This document shows positions 1 through 10,534 of a stretch of DNA of 60,688 nucleotides, one piece after another. The notes below the pieces were generated by a model that was not told the DNA's origin, ran no database searches, and worked only from the letters and a program-made list of their open reading frames with translations. The DNA comes from Pelagibacteraceae bacterium (GTDB taxonomy: Bacteria > Pseudomonadota > Alphaproteobacteria > HIMB59 > GCA-002718135): assembly GCA_017639935.1 (NCBI GenBank), contig JAGFWP010000018.1, positions 1 to 60,688 on the forward strand, given 5' to 3'. Each line of letters begins with the position of its first letter. Within the stretch, counting starts at the first letter, position 1. A program made the translations under genes and the position numbers.

Positions 1-2
1 AT

Positions 3-410
3 GTTAACGACCCAAGCAATGATGATGAAAAATATAGCAGAGTAGTGGTAAGAAATTTCATAAAAAAAAACCCTCAATATAAAAAAAATATAATTCAAGA
101 ATTTAAATTAATTAGAGAAAATTATTATGATTATAAAAAAATGATATTTCAAATTTATAATCTAATAAATATTGAAATTCATAGAAATATTATTATATTT
201 GACTCAATAAAGTTTTTAAATTTAGATCAAGAGCTCCAAGCAAAGCTTACTGAAATAACATATAAATTTTTTTATCCCAAAAAACCTTTCTTGAGGTATC
301 AGAAAGTTATAAAAACTCTTGATAAACTTTGCGAAGCTGTAAATTTATCTATCAGTCTTTCAAATATGACGGTTAAACGGAATAACAATTTCATATACTT
401 CATTGCATAA
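3..410 (+). CDS. tilS: tRNA(Ile)-lysidine synthase TilS, C-terminal part (5' end lies outside the window)
   Basis: Frame 3 is open from the window edge, upstream of the GTG at 45. The translation VNDPSNDDEKYSRVVVRNFIKK matches the TilS D-x-S-N-x-D...Y-x-R-N motif as I remember it. It sits directly upstream of ftsH, a common tilS-ftsH arrangement. Confidence 0.6.
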   Translation, partial: VNDPSNDDEKYSRVVVRNFIKKNPQYKKNIIQEFKLIRENYYDYKKMIFQIYNLINIEIHRNIIIFDSIKFLNLDQELQAKLTEITYKFFYPKKPFLRYQKVIKTLDKLCEAVNLSISLSNMTVKRNNNFIYFIA

Positions 411-490
411 ATTTTATTATTTTTCAGTGAGTTATTAAATAAGTATTGTGTTTTCATCATTCATACCTATTTATATATAAGGTTCATTAT

Positions 491-2395
491 ATGAAAAATT
501 TCAGCAAAAACATTGCTCTGTGGATTATAATCGGTCTTCTTTTAGTAGCTCTTTTTAATTTATTTCAAAATTCCCCAAATAGCAGATCTTCATCAAAGAT
601 CTCCTTTTCTGATTTTATTGCTGCAACAGAGGCAGGAAATATATCTGAAGTAAATATTATTGGAAATTACGTAGAAGGCTATTTAGATGATGGTCGTCCT
701 TTTACAACATATTCACCAAACTATCCAAACTTAGTAGACAAATTAAATGAGAATGGAGTTAAAATATCTGCTGAGCCTGCTGATAAATCAATGCATCCAT
801 TTTTGAGCATATTACTTTCTTGGTTCCCAATGCTACTTCTAATTGGTGTATGGATTTTTTTTATGAGACAAATGCAAGGTGGCGGAGGCAAGGCTCTTGG
901 ATTTGGAAAATCAAAAGCAAAACTTTTAAATGAAGCTGTGGGCAAAGTTACATTTGAAGATGTTGCTGGAATAGATGAAGCTAAGCAAGAATTAGAAGAA
1001 GTAGTTGAGTTTTTAAAAGATCCTCAGAAGTTTTCAAGATTAGGTGGAAAAATACCACGAGGTGCCTTACTTGTTGGACCTCCTGGTACAGGAAAAACTT
1101 TACTTGCAAGAGCTATTGCTGGAGAAGCAAATGTACCTTTCTTTTCTATATCTGGTTCAGACTTTGTTGAAATGTTTGTCGGTGTTGGTGCAAGCAGAGT
1201 AAGAGATATGTTTGAGCAAGGTAAAAAAAATTCTCCTTGTATTATTTTTATAGACGAAATAGATGCTGTTGGAAGGCACAGAGGAGCTGGACTTGGGGGC
1301 GGAAATGATGAAAGAGAGCAGACATTAAATCAACTTCTTGTTGAGATGGATGGTTTTGAAACTAATGCAGGAGTTATTATTGTAGCAGCGACAAACAGAC
1401 CTGATGTTCTTGATCCGGCTTTACTCAGACCAGGTAGATTTGATAGGCAAATAACAATATCTAAACCTGACATAATTGGTAGAGATAAAATTTTAAAAGT
1501 TCATTTAAAAAATATTAAAGTTTCTCCAAAATTTGATTCAAAAATTATTGCTAGAGGAACGCCAGGTTTTACTGGAGCTGATTTAGCTAATCTAGTGAAT
1601 GAAGCTGCATTACTTGCAGCAAGAAAAAATAAAAGACTTGTAACTAAAGAAGATTTTGAAGAGGCAAAAGATAAAGTTCTTCTTGGCGCTGAGAGAAGAT
1701 CAATGGTGATGACAGATGAAGAAAAAAAACTTACAGCATATCATGAAGCTGGCCATGCTGTAGCAACACTTCATTGTCCGGAATCAGATCCAATACATAA
1801 ATCAAGCATTATTCCTACCGGAATGGCTCTTGGATATGTAATGAGATTGCCAGAAAAAGACGAATTAAATAAGAGGTTAGATAAATTAAAAGCTGATTTT
1901 ATTATAGCGATGGGGGGTCGAATTGCTGAAGAAATGATTTTTGGAAAAGAAAAAATTACTAGTGGTGCAGCAGGAGATATTCAAAGCGTAACTTATTGGG
2001 CAAAAAAGATGATTACCGAGTGGGGAATGAGCGAAACTTTAGGCAAGATAAGATATAATAATGACAGTGAAGAAGTTTTTTTGGGTCATTCAGTAGCTCA
2101 ATCGAAAAATATTTCAGATGCAACTGCTAAATTAATTGATGAAGAGATTAGAAAAATTGTTGATGAGGCGGAGAAAAATTGCCGAAAAATCTTAACTGAC
2201 AATGTTGATGAACTTCACATAGTTGCAAAAGGATTGCTAGAATACGAAACATTAACAGGTGAAGAAATCAAAGATTTGATAAAAGGAGTGAGACCTTCTA
2301 GAGATGATTTTGATAATGATCCAGATACCACCAAACCCTCAACACCAACTTCTGTACCTAAAACTAGTAGTAAAATCAGTCCCCAACCTCAATAA
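491..2395 (+). CDS. ftsH: ATP-dependent zinc metalloprotease FtsH
   Basis: The track ORF 446-2395 begins at a TTG. The ATG at 491 ([16 protein letters not shown]-terminal TM helix) is the more plausible start. It has Walker A GPPGTGKT, the AAA second region of homology, and the HEAGH zinc motif. Confidence 0.97.
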   Translation: MKNFSKNIALWIIIGLLLVALFNLFQNSPNSRSSSKISFSDFIAATEAGNISEVNIIGNYVEGYLDDGRPFTTYSPNYPNLVDKLNENGVKISAEPADKSMHPFLSILLSWFPMLLLIGVWIFFMRQMQGGGGKALGFGKSKAKLLNEAVGKVTFEDVAGIDEAKQELEEVVEFLKDPQKFSRLGGKIPRGALLVGPPGTGKTLLARAIAGEANVPFFSISGSDFVEMFVGVGASRVRDMFEQGKKNSPCIIFIDEIDAVGRHRGAGLGGGNDEREQTLNQLLVEMDGFETNAGVIIVAATNRPDVLDPALLRPGRFDRQITISKPDIIGRDKILKVHLKNIKVSPKFDSKIIARGTPGFTGADLANLVNEAALLAARKNKRLVTKEDFEEAKDKVLLGAERRSMVMTDEEKKLTAYHEAGHAVATLHCPESDPIHKSSIIPTGMALGYVMRLPEKDELNKRLDKLKADFIIAMGGRIAEEMIFGKEKITSGAAGDIQSVTYWAKKMITEWGMSETLGKIRYNNDSEEVFLGHSVAQSKNISDATAKLIDEEIRKIVDEAEKNCRKILTDNVDELHIVAKGLLEYETLTGEEIKDLIKGVRPSRDDFDNDPDTTKPSTPTSVPKTSSKISPQPQ

Positions 2396-2442
2396 TATTT
2401 AAAAACTCTTTCTTTATATTTAATTATTAAATAGAAGAACCT

Positions 2443-3801
2443 ATGTTAAAAATATTTGGCACTGATGGAATTAGATGCAGAGTTAATCAGGAGCCAATGA
2501 CTACTGATACTTGTTTAAAAATTGCTAAGGCAGCAGGTTATTTACTGTCAAATAAAAACCAAAAGAAAAACAGAGTAATCATTTCAAAAGACACTCGTCT
2601 ATCAGGTTATCTATACGAACCATTAATAACATCTGGTTTTGTTTCTATGGGCATAGAAGTTATTTTGGTAGGTCCGTTACCTACTTCAGCACTCCCAATT
2701 TTAATCAGGTCTTTAAGAGCGGATATGGGCGTTATGATTACTGCATCACACAACACCTATGAATACAATGGATTAAAATTTTTTGACTCAGGAGGAAATA
2801 AAATATCAAAAGTTATAGAAAAAAAGATTGAAAATATAATTTCTGACAAAAAACAATATAATAGAATTTCATCTCTTGATTATGAGTCTGGAAAAGCTTT
2901 TAGATTAGAGGATGCTCAAGGAAGATATTCAGAATATTTAAAATCAACAATAAGTAGAAGAAATGATTTAAGAAAATTTAAAGTAGTTTTGGATTGTGGA
3001 AATGGCGCTACATATCATATTGCACCAACATTATTTTGGGAAATTGGTTGTGAAGTGACTTCAATCAACAATCAACCTGATGGTAGAAATATTAATAAAG
3101 AATGTGGTGCAGTTGATACAAGAGAACTGTCAAAAAAAGTTTTAGACATCAAAGCAGATATCGGTTTTGCTTTTGACGGTGATGGTGATAGAATGATTGC
3201 TGTTGATGAAAAAGGCCAACAAATAGATGGAGATAAAATAATTGCATTATTTGCAAAACATTATTTAAAATCAAAGCAACTTGATAAAAAAGTAATTGTT
3301 GCAACTGTAATGTCAAATTTAGGCTTAGAAAACTATCTAAAAAAATTAGGAATAAAATTGGTTAGAACAAGTGTAGGAGATTTTAATGTCATTACAGAAA
3401 TGAAAAAAAATTCTTATATATTGGGAGGCGAACAATCAGGACACATAATACTTGGAAATTATTTGCATACAGGCGATGGTATATTAGCAGCTGTAAAAAT
3501 TATAGAAATAATTTCTTCAGAGAAAACTAAAGCAAGTAAAGTTTTTTCTTTGTATGATCAATATCCACAAATCAAAACTAATTTGGAGATTAAAAAAAAA
3601 CCGAATGGTTTTTTTGACAAAATCTTAAACAACATTGTAAAAGAAAATAAAGCAAATAATCCTAAAATTCGCTATTTAGTAAGAAAATCAGGCACTGAAC
3701 CATTAGTTAGAATTCTTGTAGAAGGTCAGGATAGTGATAAGGTTATTAGGGCTAGCAAGATTATAAATAATCAAATTAACAAAGTTCTTAATGCCAGATA
3801 A
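2443..3801 (+). CDS. glmM: phosphoglucosamine mutase
   Basis: 452 aa with the active-site motif ITASHNTYEYNGLKFF (phospho-serine loop), the Mg site FDGDGDR, and GGEQSGH. Confidence 0.95.
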   Translation: MLKIFGTDGIRCRVNQEPMTTDTCLKIAKAAGYLLSNKNQKKNRVIISKDTRLSGYLYEPLITSGFVSMGIEVILVGPLPTSALPILIRSLRADMGVMITASHNTYEYNGLKFFDSGGNKISKVIEKKIENIISDKKQYNRISSLDYESGKAFRLEDAQGRYSEYLKSTISRRNDLRKFKVVLDCGNGATYHIAPTLFWEIGCEVTSINNQPDGRNINKECGAVDTRELSKKVLDIKADIGFAFDGDGDRMIAVDEKGQQIDGDKIIALFAKHYLKSKQLDKKVIVATVMSNLGLENYLKKLGIKLVRTSVGDFNVITEMKKNSYILGGEQSGHIILGNYLHTGDGILAAVKIIEIISSEKTKASKVFSLYDQYPQIKTNLEIKKKPNGFFDKILNNIVKENKANNPKIRYLVRKSGTEPLVRILVEGQDSDKVIRASKIINNQINKVLNAR

Positions 3802-4909
3802 TTTGATACCAGAAGGTTTTAAAGATGAGGTATCCAATCAAGCAGCCACAGAACATAAGTATAAGAATGAAATAATTAATCTTTTTCAATCCTATGGTTA
3901 TGAATTAGTTAAAACGCCACTTATAGAGTTTTCACATCAAATTAATAAAATTAATACTTTAAAAATTAAAGTTAAAAAAGATCAAAAAGAATTATCATTA
4001 CGAGATGATATAACAATGCAAATCGCAAGATTATCATCTTCTAGATTATCAAAAAAACCAAGACCTCTAAAAATATGTTATTATGGAGAAGTCGTTCGTG
4101 ATAAAGGCTCTATGTTGAGGCCTGAAAGACAGTTTTTGCAAATAGGTGCCGAATGTATTGGAGAAAACAGTTATTTAGCTGATGTTGAAATGATTGAGCT
4201 TGCATATAATGCTTTAACCTCAGTGGGAATTAAAAGTATTTCAATTGAATTATCTTCAAAAGTTTTTTTAGATAAACTGTATGAACTTATCAAATCATCA
4301 CCAAAACTTGATAAGATAAAATCTTTCATAAGAAAAAAAGATATTAATGGGGCATTGGAATTACTTGAAAATAGAAATCATGAATATTTAAATAATATTT
4401 TTTCCTGCACAGGAAATTTATTTGATAAGAAAAAAAAATTAGATAAACTAAGAGTTGATAAAAAAAATATATCCGAAATAAAAAACATAAATAATATATA
4501 TGATTTTTTTGTTAGTAAATATCCCGATGTAAATTTTTTATTAGATTTAACTGAAACTGATGATAAAAATTATCACAATAGTCTTAGATTTACAATTTTT
4601 GCTGATAACGTCAGAGGAGAAATAGCAAGAGGCGGAAGATATATCTCAAATAATAATGATAACCAGGAAAAAGCTACTGGCTTTACTTGTTATATGGATA
4701 CAATATTAAGAGCATCATCAAACACAGAAGAAACAAATAAAATTATGATTCCATTTGATATTTTGAATAACAGAAAGAAAGAATTAATAACGCAGGGGTT
4801 CAATATAGAGACTTTTTTTGGCGATTTAAATAATATAAGAGAAATGGCAATTAAAAAAAATTGCCAATCTTACTTAATTGATGATCAAATAATTAAATTA
4901 GATATATAA
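3791..4909 (+). CDS. hisZ: ATP phosphoribosyltransferase regulatory subunit (HisRS paralogue HisZ)
   Basis: 372 aa. It shows class-II HisRS-like features (N-terminal PEGFKD, RPERQFLQIGAECIG, GGRY) but has no anticodon-binding domain. It overlaps the glmM stop by 11 nt. Confidence 0.7.
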   Translation: MPDNLIPEGFKDEVSNQAATEHKYKNEIINLFQSYGYELVKTPLIEFSHQINKINTLKIKVKKDQKELSLRDDITMQIARLSSSRLSKKPRPLKICYYGEVVRDKGSMLRPERQFLQIGAECIGENSYLADVEMIELAYNALTSVGIKSISIELSSKVFLDKLYELIKSSPKLDKIKSFIRKKDINGALELLENRNHEYLNNIFSCTGNLFDKKKKLDKLRVDKKNISEIKNINNIYDFFVSKYPDVNFLLDLTETDDKNYHNSLRFTIFADNVRGEIARGGRYISNNNDNQEKATGFTCYMDTILRASSNTEETNKIMIPFDILNNRKKELITQGFNIETFFGDLNNIREMAIKKNCQSYLIDDQIIKLDI

Positions 4910-4911
4910 TT

Positions 4912-6198
4912 ATGTTCTATACTGTAATAGGCACGCAATGGGGAGATGAAGGCAAAGGTAAAATCGTTGATTGGCTATCCTCTAAAGCAGATATTGTTGT
5001 TAGATTTCAAGGAGGAAATAATGCTGGTCATACATTGCAAATTGAAGATAAAACTTATAAATTAAACTTATTACCATCAGGCATAATTAGAGGAAAAAAA
5101 TGCATTATTGGTAATGGTGTCGTACTTGATCCCTGGGCATTGGATGAAGAAATTCAAAAGCTATCTGATCAGGGCATTAAAATAAATCCTGACAATTTGA
5201 TGATTGCAGAAAATATCTGCTTGATACTTCCATTACACAAAATAATCGATGAATTGAATGAAAAAAACAAAGGAACGGAATTTATAGGCACAACAAAAAA
5301 AGGGATTGGACCTGCATATGAAGATAAAGTTGGTAGAAGATCAATTAGATTATGTGATTTACAAAATGAAGAAATACTTAGAAAGAAAATATCTAATTTA
5401 GCTTCATTTCATTCCTATAGATTGAAACATTTTGAAAAAAATATCGATGAAACAGATTTGTTTATCCAATTAAAAAATATTAATAAAAAAATTAATTCTT
5501 ATTCTTATCCCACTTGGAGAATTTTAAATGAGATAGGAAAAAAAAATGAAACTATACTTTTTGAAGGTGCGCAAGGAGCGCTTCTAGATATTGATTTTGG
5601 AACCTATCCTTATGTTACGTCATCCAACACAACTTCAGGACAAATTTTTGCTGGTAGTGGTTTTGGAATTAGAAAAGATCACAAAATATTTGGAATTACC
5701 AAGGCTTATACGACAAGAGTTGGATCAGGTCCTTTTCCCACAGAGTTAAAAGATTATATGGGCGATTATTTGGGTAAAAAAGGTAAAGAATTTGGAACTG
5801 TTACTAAAAGAAAAAGACGATGCGGATGGTTTGATGTAAATCTTGTTAAACAATCAGTTAAAATTTCCGGCATAGATGATGTCATACTTACAAAACTAGA
5901 TGTATTGGATGAAATAAAAGAAATAAAAATATGCGTTGGTTATACAGTTAACGACTTTAAATACGACTATCTCCCATCTAATGAAAATTTACAAAACAAT
6001 ATTAAGCCCATTTATAAAATCTTTCCTGGTTGGCAAAAATCAACATTCGGAATTAAAAAGTGGTCAGATCTACCAAAAAATGCAAAAAAGTATGTCGATG
6101 CTATTCAAAATATGATTGAAACAAAAATCTCTGTTATTTCAACTGGGCCTGAAAGAAGTCAAACAATTGATAAAGATAATTATTTAGGCAGTATTTGA
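4912..6198 (+). CDS. purA: adenylosuccinate synthetase
   Basis: 428 aa with the GTQWGDEGKGK P-loop, GNNAGHT, GIGPAYEDK, and TKLDVLD. Confidence 0.97.
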   Translation: MFYTVIGTQWGDEGKGKIVDWLSSKADIVVRFQGGNNAGHTLQIEDKTYKLNLLPSGIIRGKKCIIGNGVVLDPWALDEEIQKLSDQGIKINPDNLMIAENICLILPLHKIIDELNEKNKGTEFIGTTKKGIGPAYEDKVGRRSIRLCDLQNEEILRKKISNLASFHSYRLKHFEKNIDETDLFIQLKNINKKINSYSYPTWRILNEIGKKNETILFEGAQGALLDIDFGTYPYVTSSNTTSGQIFAGSGFGIRKDHKIFGITKAYTTRVGSGPFPTELKDYMGDYLGKKGKEFGTVTKRKRRCGWFDVNLVKQSVKISGIDDVILTKLDVLDEIKEIKICVGYTVNDFKYDYLPSNENLQNNIKPIYKIFPGWQKSTFGIKKWSDLPKNAKKYVDAIQNMIETKISVISTGPERSQTIDKDNYLGSI

Positions 6199-7035
6199 TA
6201 TTTCTTTTGTAAGCTTCTCAAGAGCTTTTTCTTCAATCTGCCTAACCCTTTCTCTGCTTATTTTGTATTTTTGACTCAATTCTTCAAGTTTTTTAGGCTT
6301 GTCCCTTAATCGCCTATATTCTACAATTTCTCTTTCTCTAGGATTTAGAATTTTTAAAGCTTTGGTGAATAATTTTTTTCTGTTCATATACTCATCTTTT
6401 TTTTCAACAATTACTTCTTGTGTTTCAGCATCATCCGCAATCAAGTCTTGCCATTCAGTATCGGCTTCATCAGAAATCTGAACATTTAATGATTGATCAC
6501 CAGAAAAAAGTCTATTTTCCATGTCAGTAACTTCAGCTTCTTTAACATCCAGTCTATTTGCTATTTCGCGAACATTATCAGGAGATAGTTTGCCATCATT
6601 AATAGATTGCAATTGGTTTTTTAATTTTCTAAGATTAAAAAAAAGTTTTTTTTGTGCTGCAGTTGTTCCAATTTTTACTAGAGACCAACTATGTAAAACA
6701 TATTCCTGTATTTGTGCTCGTATCCACCACATTGCATATGTTGCCAATCTAAATCCCTTGTCAGGATCGAATTTTTTTACAGCCTTCATTATTCCTACAT
6801 TTCCTTCTGAAATTAAATCAGTAATTGGCAATCCATAACCTCTATAACCCATGGCAATTTTAGCTACCAATCTAAGATGACTAGTTACCAACTTATGAGC
6901 AGCTTTTGTATCGCTATGCTCTTGAAATCTTTTAGCCAACATGAATTCTTCTTCAGCGCTTAAAAGAGGAAACTTCTTTATTTCTTGTAAATAAAAAGCT
7001 AGATTACCTTCTGAGGATAAAATAGGTAAATTCAT
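6184..7035 (-). CDS. rpoH: RNA polymerase sigma-32 (heat-shock sigma factor)
   Basis: 283 aa sigma-70 family protein carrying the RpoH box (AAQKKLFFNLRKLK). Regions 2 and 4 are recognisable. Its 3' end overlaps the purA 3' end by 15 bp. Confidence 0.9.
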   Translation of the reverse strand: MNLPILSSEGNLAFYLQEIKKFPLLSAEEEFMLAKRFQEHSDTKAAHKLVTSHLRLVAKIAMGYRGYGLPITDLISEGNVGIMKAVKKFDPDKGFRLATYAMWWIRAQIQEYVLHSWSLVKIGTTAAQKKLFFNLRKLKNQLQSINDGKLSPDNVREIANRLDVKEAEVTDMENRLFSGDQSLNVQISDEADTEWQDLIADDAETQEVIVEKKDEYMNRKKLFTKALKILNPREREIVEYRRLRDKPKKLEELSQKYKISRERVRQIEEKALEKLTKEISNTA

Positions 7036-7067
7036 AGATCGCCGTTTATCATATTTAATTGTAAAAA

Positions 7068-8039
7068 TTAATATTTTACTAATAAATCAAGTAAAATCTT
7101 TATATCTTCAGGAAATTCTGACTCAAATTCAAGGTATTTTTTTGTAACAGGATGAGTAAAACCTATATGATAAGCATGAAGAGCCTGTCTTCTAAAATTT
7201 TTTAATATAAGAAATTTATTGAAAGTTTCTTTATTTTTTCCAAATCTATTAATTTTGTTTCTACCATATAATTTATCACCCACAATTGGGTTGTTTATTG
7301 ATGTCATATGCAATCTAACTTGATGTGTTCTTCCCGTTTTTAGCAAGCATTCAACAATACTGCAAATTCCAAAACTTTTTTTAAGAGTTATAATAGTTTG
7401 AGAAAATTTTCCCCTCTTATTTTGATTCAAAGACATTTTTTTTCGATTAATCTTATTTCTTTCAATATATCCTTCTATCATTTGATTTTTTGGAATGCCC
7501 CAAACAATCGCATGATATTTTCTTGAAATTGAGTGATTTTTAAACTGATCAGATAAATGCAAATGAGTAAAATTATCTTTAGCGACAATAATCAATCCAC
7601 TTGTATCTTTATCCAGACGATGAACGATACCAGGTCTATTGTTTTTATTAATAGAACTCAGCTTATCATTTGTATATTTTAAAAGAGCATGAACCAAAGT
7701 ACCATTTTGATTGCCAGGTGCTGGATGCGTTACCATTCCAGGAATTTTATTAACAATGATTATATTTTCATCCTCATATCGAATATCTAATGGTATATTC
7801 TCTGGTTCATAACTTGTTTGTTGCATACTAGGTATTGAAACAAAGTACACCTCGCCTTCCTTAACTTTTAGCGAAGCTTCAGTAATAATATTATCTGCTT
7901 TTCTTACATTATGATTTTGTAGAAGAATTTTAATTTGTGATCTTGTAACATTATCTAATAATTTAGATAGAGCCTGATCAAGCCTTGTAAGGTTTTGTTC
8001 TTTATTTATTTTTATTTTGTGAGTATAGAACTTTTGCAT
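7068..8039 (-). CDS. rluD: 23S rRNA pseudouridine synthase, RluD-like (RluA family)
   Basis: 323 aa with an N-terminal S4 domain (RLDQALSKLL...) and the catalytic HRLDKDTSG motif. Confidence 0.85.
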   Translation of the reverse strand: MQKFYTHKIKINKEQNLTRLDQALSKLLDNVTRSQIKILLQNHNVRKADNIITEASLKVKEGEVYFVSIPSMQQTSYEPENIPLDIRYEDENIIIVNKIPGMVTHPAPGNQNGTLVHALLKYTNDKLSSINKNNRPGIVHRLDKDTSGLIIVAKDNFTHLHLSDQFKNHSISRKYHAIVWGIPKNQMIEGYIERNKINRKKMSLNQNKRGKFSQTIITLKKSFGICSIVECLLKTGRTHQVRLHMTSINNPIVGDKLYGRNKINRFGKNKETFNKFLILKNFRRQALHAYHIGFTHPVTKKYLEFESEFPEDIKILLDLLVKY

Positions 8040-8325
8040 GTCAAAAAAAATTCTTCAATCTGTTGTTATAATTTTAGGTATTCTAATTATTTTTTCTTTT
8101 ATTGCACTAATTTATGGAATGTATTCAAAGATTTTAACAGATTCAGAAGATATAACTTTAGATCAAAAAAAAATTACATTAAATTTGAATGATAAAGAAG
8201 AAATTATTAACATAGAAATTATTGACGAAAACAGACTGCTAATTACAATAAATAGCTCAAATAATCTCAAAGGTGTAATTTACCATATTAAACAAAATAA
8301 GATTCTAAAGATTATCGAGAAATAG
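8038..8325 (+). CDS. hypothetical small membrane protein (one N-terminal TM helix)
   Basis: 95-aa ORF with the hydrophobic helix VVIILGILIIFSFIALIYGMY. No family recognised. Its ATG overlaps the rluD start codon on the opposite strand. Confidence 0.45.
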   Translation: MSKKILQSVVIILGILIIFSFIALIYGMYSKILTDSEDITLDQKKITLNLNDKEEIINIEIIDENRLLITINSSNNLKGVIYHIKQNKILKIIEK

Positions 8326-8382
8326 ATGCAGTATAATATTGTATAAATAATTAATGCGATATATTGATAAAAAGCCCTAAAT

Positions 8383-8613
8383 ATGAAAAAAAATAATAAA
8401 GATTTATCATTTGAGGATAATTTAAAAAAGCTTGAGGATATAGTAGAACAGCTTGAGTCCGGGGATGTTGATTTGGAAAAGTCGGTAGAACTATATGAAA
8501 AAGGTATGGATCTTAAAAAAATTTGTGAAGAAAAATTAAAAAAAGTTGAAAATCAAATCAAAAAGATAAAAGTAGAAAATAATAAAATTCAAAAAGAAGA
8601 CTTTAAAAAATAA
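8383..8613 (+). CDS. xseB: exodeoxyribonuclease VII small subunit
   Basis: 76 aa. The pattern FEDNLKKLEDIVEQLESGDVDLEKSVELYEKG is typical of XseB. It lies directly upstream of dxs. Confidence 0.85.
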   Translation: MKKNNKDLSFEDNLKKLEDIVEQLESGDVDLEKSVELYEKGMDLKKICEEKLKKVENQIKKIKVENNKIQKEDFKK

Positions 8614-8614
8614 T

Positions 8615-10528
8615 ATGAAGTATAAGTTTTTAGATCAGATAAATTTTCCAGATGATCTGCGTAATCGTAAAGTTAATGATCTTAAGAGCATTGCCAAAGA
8701 ATTACGTCATAAAACTATTGATACAGTATCAAAAACAGGAGGTCATTTAGGAGCAGGATTGGGCGTGATTGAATTAACCTTAGCGCTTCATTATATTTTT
8801 GATACTCCTAAAGATAAATTAATTTGGGATGTTGGTCATCAAGCCTACCCTCATAAAATTATCACTGGCAGAAAAAAACAAATTGAAACATTGCGACAAG
8901 AGGGCGGTTTATATGGATTTGTCAAAAGAAGTGAAAGTGAATATGATACTTTTGGTACAGCTCACAGTTCTACTTCGATATCAGCAGGCTTAGGAATTAA
9001 AATTGCTCAAGAATTAAAAAAAGATAATTCAAAAGTAATTTGTGTCATAGGAGACGGTGCATTGAGCGCAGGTATGGCTTATGAAGCATTAAATAATGCT
9101 GGTGCAATGAGTAAGGAGCTGATCGTTATTTTAAATGATAATGAAATGTCAATAGATCAGCCTGTTGGTGCAATGAGCAGCTATTTATCTAGGCTTTTGT
9201 CTTCTAGTTCATATTCAAACATACGATCAATCATTAAAAAAATATTGTCAAAATTTCCCAAATCTTTTGCGAAAGCCCTTTATAGGGCAGAAGAATTTTC
9301 CAAAGGTTTTGTGTCGGGCGGCACTTTGTTTGAAGAATTGGGTTTTTTTTACTTAGGTCCAATAGACGGTCATAATTTTGATCATTTGATTCCAGTTTTA
9401 AAAAATATTAAATCCAATAAAATTAACAAGCCTGTTTTTCTTCATGTGATTACTAAAAAAGGTTGTGGCTATAAACCCGCAGAAGAATCAAGCGATAAAT
9501 TCCATGGTGTAAATAAATTTGATGTTGTTACTGGATCTTCTTTATCTAAAATAAATATGAAATCATTTTCACAAGTTTTTGGTGAAACTTTATCAGCAGA
9601 AGCATCAATAGATGAAAAAATTGTTGCTGTAACTGCAGCGATGGCATCTGGAACTGGTTTGGATATTTTTGCACAGAAACATCCAAAAAAATTTTTTGAT
9701 GTTGGAATAGCGGAACAACATGCAGTTACTATGTGCGCAGGCTTAGCTGCAGAAGGATTAAGGCCTTTTGTAGCTATATATTCTACTTTTCTCCAGAGAG
9801 CATATGATCAAATAGTGCATGATGTTGCTATCCAAAAATTGCCTGTAAGATTTGCTATCGATAGAGCAGGTCAAGTAGGCGCAGATGGACCTACACATGC
9901 AGGATCTTTTGACATAGCTTTTTTATCTGCATTGCCTAATTTTGTAATTATGGCTGCAGCTGATGAGGGTGAATTAATTCGTATGATTAAGACTGCCATA
10001 ATGATTGATGATAGACCATCATCCTTTCGTTTTCCAAGAGGATCTATTATAGGTAAAAATATAGGAGACGAATTATCACACTTAGAGATTGGGAAGGGAC
10101 GAATAATTCAGGAAGGCAATTCAGTAGCTTTAATTAATTTTGGTGCAAGATTAGAAGCCTGTCAACAAGCAATCGAAATTCTTAAGCCAAGGGGTTGTTA
10201 CCCTACATTAATGGATGCAAGATTTGCAAAACCTTTGGATACAATTCTGTTAGATAAAATTTTAGATAATCATGAATTTGTAATAACAATTGAGGAAGGT
10301 TCAATAGGAGGATTTAGCTCTTCTGTTCTTGATTATGTCCACAATAAAAGAAAAACATCAACCTCATCAACAATTAAGAATATAATATTTCCTGATAAGT
10401 TTGTTGATCATAATACTTCTGAAAATCAGTATAAGGAAATGGGTATGGATGCCGAGTCCATCTCTAACAAAATATTGTCTTTATTATCTAATGAAATAGT
10501 ACACTTAAGCAATTATAAAAAAAAATAA
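8615..10528 (+). CDS. dxs: 1-deoxy-D-xylulose-5-phosphate synthase
   Basis: 637 aa with the TPP-binding GDGALSAGMAYEALNNAG, plus DVGHQAYPHKIITGR and DVGIAEQHAVT. Confidence 0.97.
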   Translation: MKYKFLDQINFPDDLRNRKVNDLKSIAKELRHKTIDTVSKTGGHLGAGLGVIELTLALHYIFDTPKDKLIWDVGHQAYPHKIITGRKKQIETLRQEGGLYGFVKRSESEYDTFGTAHSSTSISAGLGIKIAQELKKDNSKVICVIGDGALSAGMAYEALNNAGAMSKELIVILNDNEMSIDQPVGAMSSYLSRLLSSSSYSNIRSIIKKILSKFPKSFAKALYRAEEFSKGFVSGGTLFEELGFFYLGPIDGHNFDHLIPVLKNIKSNKINKPVFLHVITKKGCGYKPAEESSDKFHGVNKFDVVTGSSLSKINMKSFSQVFGETLSAEASIDEKIVAVTAAMASGTGLDIFAQKHPKKFFDVGIAEQHAVTMCAGLAAEGLRPFVAIYSTFLQRAYDQIVHDVAIQKLPVRFAIDRAGQVGADGPTHAGSFDIAFLSALPNFVIMAAADEGELIRMIKTAIMIDDRPSSFRFPRGSIIGKNIGDELSHLEIGKGRIIQEGNSVALINFGARLEACQQAIEILKPRGCYPTLMDARFAKPLDTILLDKILDNHEFVITIEEGSIGGFSSSVLDYVHNKRKTSTSSTIKNIIFPDKFVDHNTSENQYKEMGMDAESISNKILSLLSNEIVHLSNYKKK

Positions 10529-10534
10529 TATATT

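Noticed and set aside
446-490. The TTG-initiated 15-codon N-terminal extension of ftsH ([15 protein letters not shown]).
   Set aside because: The ATG at 491 gives the normal FtsH N-terminus (a short cytoplasmic segment, then TM1). The extension is not FtsH-like.
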